From Nannocystis bainbridge (GTDB lineage: Bacteria > Myxococcota_A > Polyangia > Nannocystales > Nannocystaceae), in the NCBI RefSeq assembly GCF_028368995.1, contig NZ_JAQNDL010000002.1, forward strand, positions 1,408,001 to 1,472,000: a stretch of DNA of 64,000 bases, in the 5' to 3' direction. This document shows, one piece after another, positions 20,335 through 29,866 of the stretch. The notes beneath the pieces are model-generated. The model had not been told where the DNA came from. It saw nothing but the letters and a program-made list of their open reading frames with translations, and did no database searches. How positions within the stretch are numbered: position 1 is the first letter of the stretch; each line of letters starts with the position of its first letter. The translations under genes and the position numbers were made by a program.

Positions 20335-21222
20335 ATGCCCGGCCCGATCGTTCGCAGCTCGCTCGCGCTCGTCGCGGCCCTGGTGATGGCTGGCTGCTTC
20401 CACGACTCGCCGCCGCAGCTGGGCTGCGCGACCGATGCGGACTGCACGACGACGTCCTCGAGCTCGACGACGACGGGCGCGTCGATGGATCCGACGACGA
20501 CGACGGGCGAGCTGTCGCAGTCGCGGACGTTTCGCATCGACGCGCTGCGCCTCGTCGATCCGCACCTGTTCTCGGACCTGTGCTTCGACGTGACGGGGCT
20601 CGTCAACATGTTCGGGCTGTCGCAGCAGATCGGCGACGGCGAGCTGAACCTGATCCTCCACTTCGCGGACTTCGAGCCGGGGGCGCTGGCGGCGGTGCTG
20701 GGTGAGGCGATGTCGTGCGACCTGGCGGCGCAGACGTGCGTGCCCGACGACTCAGTGAGCCTGCAGCTGCCGGTCGAGCAGATCACGGAGGCGCCGTGCC
20801 TGGCGGTCGATCCTTCGGTGTTCGCGGTCAAGAACGCGGCGTCGCTGCACGCGCCGGAGCCGACGTGCTTCCGCACCACGGCGGTCGAGCTGGCGCTGCC
20901 GCTCGGCGCCGCCGATGCGCCGCTCAACATGTTGCAGACGCAGATCGCGTTCAACTTCGACGACGCGGCCGACCCGCAGGCGATCCTGCAAGGCGTGGTG
21001 TCGGGGTTCTTGCCGCGCGCTTCGGCGGAGGCGGTCGACATCGAGGTGTCAGGGTCGAGCTACAACCTGTGGGCGATGGTGAAGGGGCCGGAGGGCTGCG
21101 CCGCCAGCCACGCCGAATTGCTGCCCAGCGTGGATGCGCTCGCTGGGCCGGACGGGCCCATCGAGGGGGTGTGGCTGGCGTTCAATGCCACGGCCTCGCG
21201 CGTGGCGCTGGTGCCGCCATGA
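20335..21222 (+). CDS. Hypothetical Cys-containing lipoprotein with Thr-rich linker
   Basis: VMAGC lipobox; Thr/Ser tract; GC3 bias. Confidence 0.75.
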   Translation: MPGPIVRSSLALVAALVMAGCFHDSPPQLGCATDADCTTTSSSSTTTGASMDPTTTTGELSQSRTFRIDALRLVDPHLFSDLCFDVTGLVNMFGLSQQIGDGELNLILHFADFEPGALAAVLGEAMSCDLAAQTCVPDDSVSLQLPVEQITEAPCLAVDPSVFAVKNAASLHAPEPTCFRTTAVELALPLGAADAPLNMLQTQIAFNFDDAADPQAILQGVVSGFLPRASAEAVDIEVSGSSYNLWAMVKGPEGCAASHAELLPSVDALAGPDGPIEGVWLAFNATASRVALVPP

Positions 21223-22604
21223 GGCGCGCGCACGGCCGGGAACTTCACGGGCGAGTCGAGGTCCAAGCGCCCGTGACCGATCGCGCCCGTCCGCTGGTGG
21301 TCGAGGTCGTGGCCCGACAGGGCCCGACGATCGTGGATGTGACAGTGGTGGGAGGCCGGGCCGGCGCGTATCGCATCGGCGAGGGCCCGCGGGCGCAGGC
21401 GACGGTGGCAGTGCCGGCCGCCGAGGCCGACGGGTGCTTCGCGCTGGTGGTGCTGCGCGGGGGCTCGCCGCTGCTGCGGGTGCCGGCAGGGGCGACGGGC
21501 GAGCTGCAGGCGGGCGCGGCGGAGGGGCGGCCGCTGGTCGCGGGCGAGGCGATCGAGCTGGTCGATGGGACATGTGCGATCGTGCATGTCGGGCCGCTGA
21601 CGTTCGAGCTGCGCGCGGGGCCGGCCGAGCCGGCGGTGAAGTGGTCGCCGGTGATCGAGTGGCCGCTGTGGCTGGCGCAGGCGGCCTCGCTGGCGCTGTT
21701 CCTGACGCTGGCGCTGCTGATCCGGATCTGGGGGCCGACGGCCGAGGCGCCGCGCTGGGACGATCCGGAGCTGCAGGAGCGGCTGATCCGCTACACGGCC
21801 GCATTGCCGCCGCCGCCGCCGCCACCGGACGTGATCGGCGAGGTCGGGCGTGCGCGGCCGCGGGAGCCGATCGCGCGCGCGCCGCGACCGACGCCGAGCG
21901 AGCCGGCGACCAGTGAGTCACCCGACGCGCCGGCGGTGACCGGGTCTCGAGGACAGGACCCCGAGGACAGGTCCCGAGAGGCAGGTTTTCTCGGGCTGGC
22001 GGAGTTCGACCGGATCTTGCGCGAGTACACGGCGTCGCTCGATGTCTCGATCCGCAACTACGCGACGTCGCCGGAGACCGACTCGGCGTGGGCGGCGGCG
22101 ACGCGCACGGTGCCGCGGGCGATCGCGGGGCTCGGGCTGGGCGAGACGCTGCGCGGCGGCGGGGGCGTGGCCGAGGCGGTGATCGACCTCGACCTCGGGG
22201 AGCTGTTCGCGGGCCTCGAGGCCCGGCGCAAGCGCGGGCCGCCGGGGACGGGGCGCAAGGAGGCGGCGTTCACGAAGGCGGCGGTGCCGGAGGTCCGCGA
22301 GACGCCGCGTCAGAGCGTCGAGTGGACGGCGGCGGTCGGCCAGGATCTGATCCGCGGGGTGATCCGGCGCCACACGCCCGAGGTCCGTAAATGCTTCCGC
22401 GAGGGGCCGGCGACCGGCAAGGTCGAGGTGGCGTTCACGATCGGCAGCGGCGGCAAGGTCCGCGCGGCGGCGATCGAGGCGAGCACGATCGACCACGCCG
22501 GGGTGCAGGACTGCATCACCACGGCGGTGAAGTCGTGGACGTTCCCGACCATCGTGGCAGCGGCCGGGGACGTCGCAGTGCGCTATCCGTTTTCGGTCGG
22601 CTGA
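21219..22604 (+). CDS. Membrane protein with AgmX/PglI (TonB-like) C-terminal domain (GltG-like)
   Basis: ATGA overlap; beta-rich N-terminal domain, single TM, Pro/Gly linker; IRGVIRRH...CF...WTFP...VRYPF. Confidence 0.8.
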   Translation: MRRAHGRELHGRVEVQAPVTDRARPLVVEVVARQGPTIVDVTVVGGRAGAYRIGEGPRAQATVAVPAAEADGCFALVVLRGGSPLLRVPAGATGELQAGAAEGRPLVAGEAIELVDGTCAIVHVGPLTFELRAGPAEPAVKWSPVIEWPLWLAQAASLALFLTLALLIRIWGPTAEAPRWDDPELQERLIRYTAALPPPPPPPDVIGEVGRARPREPIARAPRPTPSEPATSESPDAPAVTGSRGQDPEDRSREAGFLGLAEFDRILREYTASLDVSIRNYATSPETDSAWAAATRTVPRAIAGLGLGETLRGGGGVAEAVIDLDLGELFAGLEARRKRGPPGTGRKEAAFTKAAVPEVRETPRQSVEWTAAVGQDLIRGVIRRHTPEVRKCFREGPATGKVEVAFTIGSGGKVRAAAIEASTIDHAGVQDCITTAVKSWTFPTIVAAAGDVAVRYPFSVG

Positions 22605-22613
22605 GGCGCCGAC

Positions 22614-22832
22614 TCACTTCTTGCCGAACAGGCCGCCGATGCCGGAGGTGATGCTGCCGACGTCGACGCCGCCGAGCGCGCCACCGGCCGAGCCGAGGGC
22701 CGCGTCGACCTGGCCGGCGAGCGGCGCGGGGAGCTTGGTCTTGAGGAAGTTGGCGACCGTCTCGATCGCGCTGCGGGCGTTGCTCTCGGAGATGCCGGTC
22801 TTGGACACGATCTGCTGGATGAGCTCTTCCAT
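22614..22832 (-). CDS. Small hypothetical protein (helical N-terminus, Gly-rich amphipathic C-terminus)
   Basis: 72 aa MEELIQQIVSKTGISE...GGLFGKK with strong codon bias and GAGG upstream. Confidence 0.85.
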   Translation of the reverse strand: MEELIQQIVSKTGISESNARSAIETVANFLKTKLPAPLAGQVDAALGSAGGALGGVDVGSITSGIGGLFGKK

Positions 22833-22878
22833 GGATGGGCCTCGGTGACGGCAGTATGCGAGCCGCCGCGCGGCGGCG

Positions 22879-24564
22879 TCAACCGGGTCCGAGGACGATC
22901 GGCGGCTCGATCAGGCCGGGGAGCGTGTCGGGGTGCGGATCGTCGGGGACGAGCTTCGGCTCGCCCGGATCGGCGCCGACCATGGTTCGCCAGCGCCGCG
23001 GTACCCGCCGCAGCGCGATCGGATAGAGGACGAGGGCGCCGTCGCGGCGGACGTGCAGGCGGACGAAATGTTTGAAGTCCTGGATCCGCAGCGACGAGAA
23101 GGCCTCGTTGCCGTGGCGGCGGAACAGGTTGACGGCGAGCAGCAGGTAGACACCGAAGATCAGCGAGCTGAACAGCCAGCCGAGGCCGAGCAGGATGACG
23201 AGGCCGATCCCGATCGCGGCGGCGCTGTCCCACGCGAGGCCGCAGGCGCCGGCGATCTGTCCTGCGAGCCAGGTGAGGGCGAGGACGGCGAAGGCGTGGG
23301 CGGCGGCGTGGACGAGGCCGGCGAGCCACCGCCGGTGGGCCCGGCGAGCGTCGGCGAACCACACCAGGGCGCCGGCGGTGGCGAGCAGCCACAGCGCGGC
23401 CCACGGTGAGCGCAAGAGGGCGGACGACATGTCCGAAAGGGCAGGTAGGAATTCGGCCGCCGGCGGGCCGTCGAGCGCGGCTCGCAGGTTCCAGCCGATG
23501 AGGAGGTAGAGGAGGCCGGTGACGGCGCCGAAGCTCGGGTTCTGCAGCGGGAAGGCGAGGTTGCGCCAGGCCAGGCGGCGCGAGGTCGCGGGATCGGGGA
23601 AGGCGCAGCGCAGGCCGTGGCCGCCGGCGAGCGGGTCGTCGTGAAGGACGTGGGTGGGGTGGAGGAAGGCGCCGCCGCCTCCGGCGGTGATCTTCTGGAC
23701 GCGGCCGTCGGCGGTGGCGTGGCGGCGGTAATGGTGGAGGTCGCCGGACAGGAACACACGGATCCGCGGGCCGAACAGCCGCTCGAGGAAGGCGAGGTTG
23801 CCGTCGCGGACGCGGCGCAGCCGGGCCTTGCGATCGCGCTGCTCGTGGGCGCGGACCCAGTGCGGCTCGGCGGTGCAGAGGATGATGCGGGCGCGCGGGC
23901 CCATGCGTTCGGCGAGGGCGCGGAAGTAATCGACCTGGTGGGCGTCGATGTCGGAGCCGAGCTGGACGTCGACGCCGACGAGCCACCAGTCGTGCGGCAG
24001 GCGGGCGGCGAAGTAGCTGGCGCGCTGATGGATCTGCCAGCCGCAGAACCACCGCTTGTCGAGGAACAGCTTGGTGAAGGTGGCGAGGCTGTCGTACCAG
24101 TCGTGGTTGCCGGGCACGGCGAACAGCACGGGGTGCGGCGGGGCGCTGCGTTCGAAGGCGCACTCGTAGGGGAGGACCAGCCGCTGCTCGTAGGCGGTGC
24201 GGCTGGGGGTCGGGTAGACCTGATCGCCGCCGAACACGAGGACGCTGGCGCGCGGCAATTCGTAGGCGCGGCCGTGCGGGCCGTGGACGCGGAGGACCGG
24301 CCGCGTGGCCCAGTAGGCGACCGCGTAGGTCGGGTTCCAGCCGTCGCCCGAGTCGGCCACGAAGTCGAGCACGAGCTGGTCGCGGTGCGAGAAGTCAGTC
24401 AGCTCGTCCGGCGGCACCGGTCGCAGGAGCCGCCGATCGAGCTGGTCGCCGAGGGCCGTCGAGACCGCGACGCGCGCGGCCGTCTGCAGCAGCTGGACCG
24501 GCGCGTACCAGCGCACCATGTCCGCGGGGGCGTGGAGGTCGCGGGCGGTCGGGACGTCGGTCAT
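22879..24564 (-). CDS. Calcineurin-like metallophosphoesterase with C-terminal TM helices
   Basis: ADSGDG, GGDQVYP, PGNHDWYD, SGDLHHY, GGGGAFLHPTH motifs; ATG at 24564. Confidence 0.88.
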   Translation of the reverse strand: MTDVPTARDLHAPADMVRWYAPVQLLQTAARVAVSTALGDQLDRRLLRPVPPDELTDFSHRDQLVLDFVADSGDGWNPTYAVAYWATRPVLRVHGPHGRAYELPRASVLVFGGDQVYPTPSRTAYEQRLVLPYECAFERSAPPHPVLFAVPGNHDWYDSLATFTKLFLDKRWFCGWQIHQRASYFAARLPHDWWLVGVDVQLGSDIDAHQVDYFRALAERMGPRARIILCTAEPHWVRAHEQRDRKARLRRVRDGNLAFLERLFGPRIRVFLSGDLHHYRRHATADGRVQKITAGGGGAFLHPTHVLHDDPLAGGHGLRCAFPDPATSRRLAWRNLAFPLQNPSFGAVTGLLYLLIGWNLRAALDGPPAAEFLPALSDMSSALLRSPWAALWLLATAGALVWFADARRAHRRWLAGLVHAAAHAFAVLALTWLAGQIAGACGLAWDSAAAIGIGLVILLGLGWLFSSLIFGVYLLLAVNLFRRHGNEAFSSLRIQDFKHFVRLHVRRDGALVLYPIALRRVPRRWRTMVGADPGEPKLVPDDPHPDTLPGLIEPPIVLGPG

Positions 24565-24626
24565 GGCCGACCTCTCAGTATTGGAGAGGTCGCGCGGCGG
24601 TGCCAGGCGCGAGGCCGAGCTGTCCT

Positions 24627-25475
24627 TCAGGACAGTCGCGCCAGCAGCCGGCGCAACAGCGTGGGGCTGACGAACACGAGGTAGAGGCTGATCATCTGTA
24701 GGCTGAAATAAATCAGCTGGTACATGGTGACGGCGACCACGAGGTGGAGGCCGATGCCGAGCAGGAAGCCGAGCGGTCGCAGACGTCGTGGCAGGAGCAG
24801 CAGCGGCGCGAGCAGCTCGAAGCCGAGAGCGGCGTGTTGCAGAAGCGTCCACACGCCGGCGGGGAGGACGCGCAGCAGCCACGCGGCCGCCTCGGTGCAG
24901 TAGACGCCCTGGACCTGGACCCACAGCACGTCGTCGTAGGCGAGCCAGTCGCCCCGCAGCGCCTTGCACAGGCCGGAGGCGACGTAGTGGATCAGGAGCG
25001 AGACCTGGAGGACGCGGATCGGCCAGGCGGCGATCCTGGCCTCGGGGCCCTGTCCCGAAGGACCTGGCGCGAGGGCCAGGATCAGAAAGCCGAAGATGTA
25101 GAGGCGGTTGATCGTGAAGGCGCTGATCGGGTCGGCCAGCGAGACGTAGAGCAGGCCGGCGATGACGAGCCACGTGGCGGCGCGGCGGGCCCAGCCGAAG
25201 ATGATGGCCAACATGGCGCCGAAGTAGACGGCGAAGAACGGGCCGAGCGTGGCGCGGGTGAGCAGCGGGACGTGCGGCGCGTAGTAAGCGTCGACGGCGG
25301 GCGTGGGGTGGTAGCCGACGGCAGTGAGCCACTCGCCGGCGTGCTGGGCCCAGGCGAAGGTGTAGAAGACCAGGGTGTAGGTGAAGGCCTGGCGGAAAGC
25401 GTCGAGCTGGATCGGGTCGACGGGCTCGTACCAGAACCGCTGCCAGCCCTCGCGCGCGCGGGCGACGAGGCTCAT
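24627..25475 (-). CDS. HTTM-domain membrane protein (SdpB / VKD-carboxylase N-terminal-like)
   Basis: WPIRVLQ...YVASGLCK...DW, FEL...LL, GLHL...F pattern. Confidence 0.8.
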   Translation of the reverse strand: MSLVARAREGWQRFWYEPVDPIQLDAFRQAFTYTLVFYTFAWAQHAGEWLTAVGYHPTPAVDAYYAPHVPLLTRATLGPFFAVYFGAMLAIIFGWARRAATWLVIAGLLYVSLADPISAFTINRLYIFGFLILALAPGPSGQGPEARIAAWPIRVLQVSLLIHYVASGLCKALRGDWLAYDDVLWVQVQGVYCTEAAAWLLRVLPAGVWTLLQHAALGFELLAPLLLLPRRLRPLGFLLGIGLHLVVAVTMYQLIYFSLQMISLYLVFVSPTLLRRLLARLS

Positions 25476-26008
25476 CGCGGACGCTCCGGGTAGTCGTGGA
25501 CGGACAGGATCCGCCGCTCGTGGCGAGGCACCTGGGCGAGCGGCGGCCGGCGCCAGGCGCCCTGGGCGACGTCGTCGGGGCGCGGGACGAAGCCGGTCCA
25601 GACGAAGCGCAGGCCGACGATCGGCGCCAATTCGGGGTGCCTCCCGCGATCGCTGGCGACGAGGTAGTCGGCGACCTCGCGCCGGCCGGCGTCGCGCTGG
25701 ACGCCCCAGGCGACGAGGAAGCGGTGCATCCGCGTGCGATGACCGAACGGCTCCATGGCGAAATCGAGGGTCTCGTCGAGCTGCTCCCACTCGGGGCGAC
25801 CGGACCGGCGAACTTCGACGAAGTAGATGTTCCAGACCGTGGGCCGGTTGGGGAACAGACAGGCGATGTCGTGCCAGTCGTGCAGCAGCGCCGGCTCACC
25901 GGGCAGCTTGGCCCGCCACAGACCGTGGTAGGCGGTCGGCCCGATCCACAGGAGGATGAAGGCGGCGACGCACAGGCGATCGCGGAGGCGGGGACGGAGA
26001 GCGGTCAT
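25472..26008 (-). CDS. Hypothetical single-TM protein, partner of the HTTM gene (SdpA/DUF5819-like position)
   Basis: N-terminal TM; ACLFP motif; ATGA overlap with the HTTM gene. Confidence 0.7.
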   Translation of the reverse strand: MTALRPRLRDRLCVAAFILLWIGPTAYHGLWRAKLPGEPALLHDWHDIACLFPNRPTVWNIYFVEVRRSGRPEWEQLDETLDFAMEPFGHRTRMHRFLVAWGVQRDAGRREVADYLVASDRGRHPELAPIVGLRFVWTGFVPRPDDVAQGAWRRPPLAQVPRHERRILSVHDYPERPR

Positions 26009-26856
26009 GCGCGCCGGAGGCCCTGGCCACCTCGTCTTGCCACGCCGGTCCGCACCTTGTCGAGCCCCGCGTGGCCGCAGCAACCTCGTCGAGCGGCGCT
26101 GGCGGGCCTGGTGCACGCGTCAGCCGAGCCGAGGGCGTGTTACCGTGAGCGATGGACGCGGCCTGCTCGCCCTGGCGCAGCAGCGGTCGGCGAGAGACGG
26201 GTGGCGACGTTGATCGAGTAGCAACGGACCTCGGTGTCGTGGGCGGGGCTGATCGAGCAGCGCGCAGCGAAGTGCTCGAGTCGCTACGCATGAAGGGCGG
26301 CGAGGCGGTCGCGCTGTCGCTTGCGCCGTTCGGGGCACCGGTGTCTCCCGTCGCTCTCCGGAACTGTCCCTGTCAACACGCTCGACGTGCGATTTGCTGG
26401 AGGCAATCCGGGTCGCGCTGCGAAGCTTGCGAGCACGACATGAAAAATCGCGGTCGAACGCCAACTGCGAACGCCTGAGGCTGGTGCGGCCGGGCCGCGC
26501 GCCGGGGTGCTGTTGAACCGCAGTCACGGCTCGCTCGAGCGGGCTGCTGCCGCGATCGGTCGTGGGTCGACATCCTCGCGTTCACTGGCTTTCACGCGTG
26601 GCGCGAGGGGATCACGAACGCCGACGAGCAGGCGCTTTTCGGCTCGCATCTGGAGCGAGTGGTCGGCGAATCGTTGCCTGCGGACGAGTGCAGACAGATG
26701 TCCTTTCGGACATATCGCTGCACGGTGCATGTCCACATGACGACGAATCCACGTCGCGGCTCGCGTGTGGAAACGCGCTAGCCGTGGCGCGCGGGTCTCT
26801 GATAGAAGCGAAGACGACCCCTCAAGGTCCTGACTTTTCTCTCGCGTAAGGATCCG

Positions 26857-28293
26857 ATGATGACGATGAACAGTGATTGGCGTGTGACGGGACTCGGCCT
26901 CCTGGCCCTGCTCGGCGCGGCTTGCGGCGACAGTGTCGACAGCGGCATCACCGCTTCCGCCGGCAACACCTCGACCTCGGGCGATTCGACCGACGGCACG
27001 GCCACGACCTCGCCGGGCTCGAATTCCAACAGCGAAACCAACAACCCGACGTCGACCACCGCCGGCTCCGAGTCCAACTCCGACTCCGAGGGCGAGACCA
27101 CCAGCGTCTCGACGACGGACGAGACGACCGAAGGCGGCACGAGCACGACGGATCCTGGCACGACGACGGACCCCGGCACCACGACCGATCCGGGCACCAC
27201 GACGAGCACGACCGACCCCGTCGACACCACCACGACCACCGACACCACCGGCGTCGAGAGCACCACCACCGGCAACGAGACCGGCGGCGACGAGTGCCCG
27301 CTGGCGCAGATGCACCTGCCGTGCGACGCCGACTCCAACGAGGCCCTGCACGCGCTCGGCCTCAACTGCACCTCGCTCGGCGGGCAGTGGACCAACAACC
27401 AGAACGCGGTCACGGTCGCCAACGCGACCTTCCAGGCCGCGCCGGCGCAGGGCAACTTCCGCTCGTGGCAGGTCGCCAAGTCGTACGGCACCTATATCGA
27501 CCCGAACACCAACGCGCCGTTCTGGGGTTCGCGCGAGGGCGACAAGGTCCTGCTCATCAGCTCGGGCCTGCTGCCGCAGCCGAACGGGCAGGGCGCGGTG
27601 ATCGTGCAGGACGGCGACGTGTACAACGACGTCGCGATCGGCGGCCAGTGGGACTCGAACTCGATGCCCCCGCCGATGACCGCGGTCAACGGCAGCCCCG
27701 ACCCGATGGGCTTCACCAACTGTGACGGCACCAACGACTGCTCGAACACCATCTCGGCGCAGTGGGCCCTCGGCGGCGGCAACGCCGAGGACAAGATGTG
27801 GTTCGGCTTCGAGGTGACCGCCCCGGCGATCGCCAGCGGCCAGATCGCCGACGCCAACGGCTACACCTTCGACTTCGCCTACTTCTCGGCCGAGTTCCCC
27901 GAGTACGTCGGCACCCAGTACAACGACATCTTCGTCGTCTGGCAGTCGTCGGAGGACTACACCGGCAACGTCACCTTCATCAACGGGCAGCCGCTCACGG
28001 TGACCGCGCTGTGGCCGATCGATTTCCAGGGCGAGTGCGACTTCTTCGACCCGAATTGTTCCGGGTCCGATCCGCACCTGCAGGGCACCGGCCACATCAA
28101 CGACGGCGGCGCGACCGGCTGGTACAAGGCGACCGGCGGCGTGAAGCCGGGCGAGACTTTCTCGCTGACCTTCGCCATCTTCGACATGGGCGACTCGGAC
28201 TTCGACACCACCGCGCTCCTCGACAACTGGTCGTGGGACTGCGAGGGTTGCGTGCCCAACGAGGTCGACGACTGCGGGGTCGCGCCGCAGTGA
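26857..28293 (+). CDS. Thr-rich lipoprotein with choice-of-anchor-L-like domain
   Basis: LGAAC lipobox; TTDPG repeats; FDFAYFSAEFPEYVGTQYNDIF and AIFDMGDSDFDT motifs. Confidence 0.85.
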   Translation: MMTMNSDWRVTGLGLLALLGAACGDSVDSGITASAGNTSTSGDSTDGTATTSPGSNSNSETNNPTSTTAGSESNSDSEGETTSVSTTDETTEGGTSTTDPGTTTDPGTTTDPGTTTSTTDPVDTTTTTDTTGVESTTTGNETGGDECPLAQMHLPCDADSNEALHALGLNCTSLGGQWTNNQNAVTVANATFQAAPAQGNFRSWQVAKSYGTYIDPNTNAPFWGSREGDKVLLISSGLLPQPNGQGAVIVQDGDVYNDVAIGGQWDSNSMPPPMTAVNGSPDPMGFTNCDGTNDCSNTISAQWALGGGNAEDKMWFGFEVTAPAIASGQIADANGYTFDFAYFSAEFPEYVGTQYNDIFVVWQSSEDYTGNVTFINGQPLTVTALWPIDFQGECDFFDPNCSGSDPHLQGTGHINDGGATGWYKATGGVKPGETFSLTFAIFDMGDSDFDTTALLDNWSWDCEGCVPNEVDDCGVAPQ

Positions 28294-28544
28294 GGCGTGG
28301 CGGCGGCCGGTGAACGCGGCCGCGACACTCCACGCTCGACGTGAAGCACGGACCCCGGGACTCCCGGGGTTCGTCGCGATGGGTGGCCTCGCCGACCGCG
28401 TCGCGCTCGCAGAACAGCGTGAACATCAGGTGGGGTCGCGGTCGGGACCGCGGGATCGCGCCACGTCGGCCGTAGCGGCGGCTCGCGGGCGCGCGCGAAG
28501 TCCGCTTTACGTCCTGAGGGTCTCTCGCGTACCGTGCGGGCCGC

Positions 28545-29693
28545 ATGCGTCGCCTCGCGGTCGTCCTCCTCCTGTCGTGCTCTTCTCTCGTCGCCTGTGC
28601 TCAGTTCGGCGCGCTGTTCGGCGCCAAGCCGCAGCAGCAGCCCGAGACTCAGGAGCAAGCGGCGGCGCGCGAGCGGGCCGCCGCGGCCGAGCAGCAGAAG
28701 GAGGAGCAGCGGCAGCAGGAGGCGGCGGCCGAGGCCGAGCGGAAGGAGCAGGCGCTGCTCGCCGAGCTCGACGCGGCGCGCGCCGGGGCGTCCTCCGGGA
28801 CCGCGGACCCGGCCGCCGCGATCGCGTTCGTCGACAAGGTCCGCGCGCTCGATGGTTCGCAAGCGGCCGCCAGCGGCAAGGTCGACCTCGCGGTGCTGTC
28901 GCGCGAGGCGGCCGGCTACGTCGATGCGGCCATGCAGAAGGCGCCGAGCTTCGAGCTGCTGCGCGCGCTCGACTCGCTGCGCGGACCGGAGGCCGACGCT
29001 GCGTTCGTGCGCGCGTGTCCGGTCCTGCGGCCGAAGGTCCCGGCGCAGGCCGTGATCGGCTTCACCGGTGACTGTCTCAAGCGCGCCGGCGGCGAGGCCG
29101 CTCGCCTGAAGTGGTCCGGCGTGCAGAAGGATCTGGTCGCCTATCGCAAACACGAAGAGGCCGAGCTCCGGCGCGCGCGCGAGGAGGAGGCCCGGCGCGC
29201 CGAGGAGGAGGCCGCGCGGGCCAAGGAAGAGGCGGCCCAGGCGTCGCGCGGCGAGAGCTACGTCGCGGCCGCCGTGTTCGCCGCCGGGCGCTGCAACTTC
29301 GGCAACTGCGCCAAGGACGGCTGGACCGTGAACACGCCCGAGGGCGACGTGAAGGTCCGCTGCAACTTCGGCAACTGCCTCAAGGAAGGTTGGGTCGCCG
29401 ACTTTCCTGGTGGCAAGAGCGCCCGCACGACCTGCAGCTTCGGCGACTGCTTCAAGGACGGCTGGCGCACCGACCTGCCCGACGGCCAGAGCGCGAGCAC
29501 CCGCTGCAGCTTCAACAATTGCCCCAAGGACGGCTGGAGCACCGACATCCCCGGCCTCGGGACCGCGACCACGCGCTGCAACTTTCAAGACTGTCTCAAG
29601 GACGGCTGGACCACCGACCTGCCGCGCGGCGGTCAGGTCCGCTGTCGCTGCAACTTTCAGGACTGTCTGAGCAATGGCGCCACTTGTGATTAG
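28545..29693 (+). CDS. Lipoprotein with coiled coils and six C-terminal Cys repeats (CxFxxCxKxGW)
   Basis: SLVAC lipobox; six 23-24-aa repeats at about 29289-29690. Confidence 0.85.
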   Translation: MRRLAVVLLLSCSSLVACAQFGALFGAKPQQQPETQEQAAARERAAAAEQQKEEQRQQEAAAEAERKEQALLAELDAARAGASSGTADPAAAIAFVDKVRALDGSQAAASGKVDLAVLSREAAGYVDAAMQKAPSFELLRALDSLRGPEADAAFVRACPVLRPKVPAQAVIGFTGDCLKRAGGEAARLKWSGVQKDLVAYRKHEEAELRRAREEEARRAEEEAARAKEEAAQASRGESYVAAAVFAAGRCNFGNCAKDGWTVNTPEGDVKVRCNFGNCLKEGWVADFPGGKSARTTCSFGDCFKDGWRTDLPDGQSASTRCSFNNCPKDGWSTDIPGLGTATTRCNFQDCLKDGWTTDLPRGGQVRCRCNFQDCLSNGATCD

Positions 29694-29866
29694 TTCGGCC
29701 GCGGGGCCTTGCCTGCCTGTCATCCAGGTGTCTTCGGCGCGGACTGCGCGGGGCGCGAATCTGGAGACGTCCGCCGATCGGAACTGTGACGCGACAGCGA
29801 GGGGTCGCGCGGATATAGTGAGTCCGGATAGCTGCGGCGCCGCTCCAGCGCCGTGACAAGCGCTTT

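Noticed and set aside
22614-22832. Small protein as an HU/IHF homolog
   Set aside because: Only the N-terminal helices look similar; the GFGxF and RNPxT DNA-binding arm motifs are absent
26009-26856. Possible ncRNA or small ORF in the 850-bp divergent gap
   Set aside because: No recognisable RNA motif or codon-biased ORF; only a 14-bp unit at 26699
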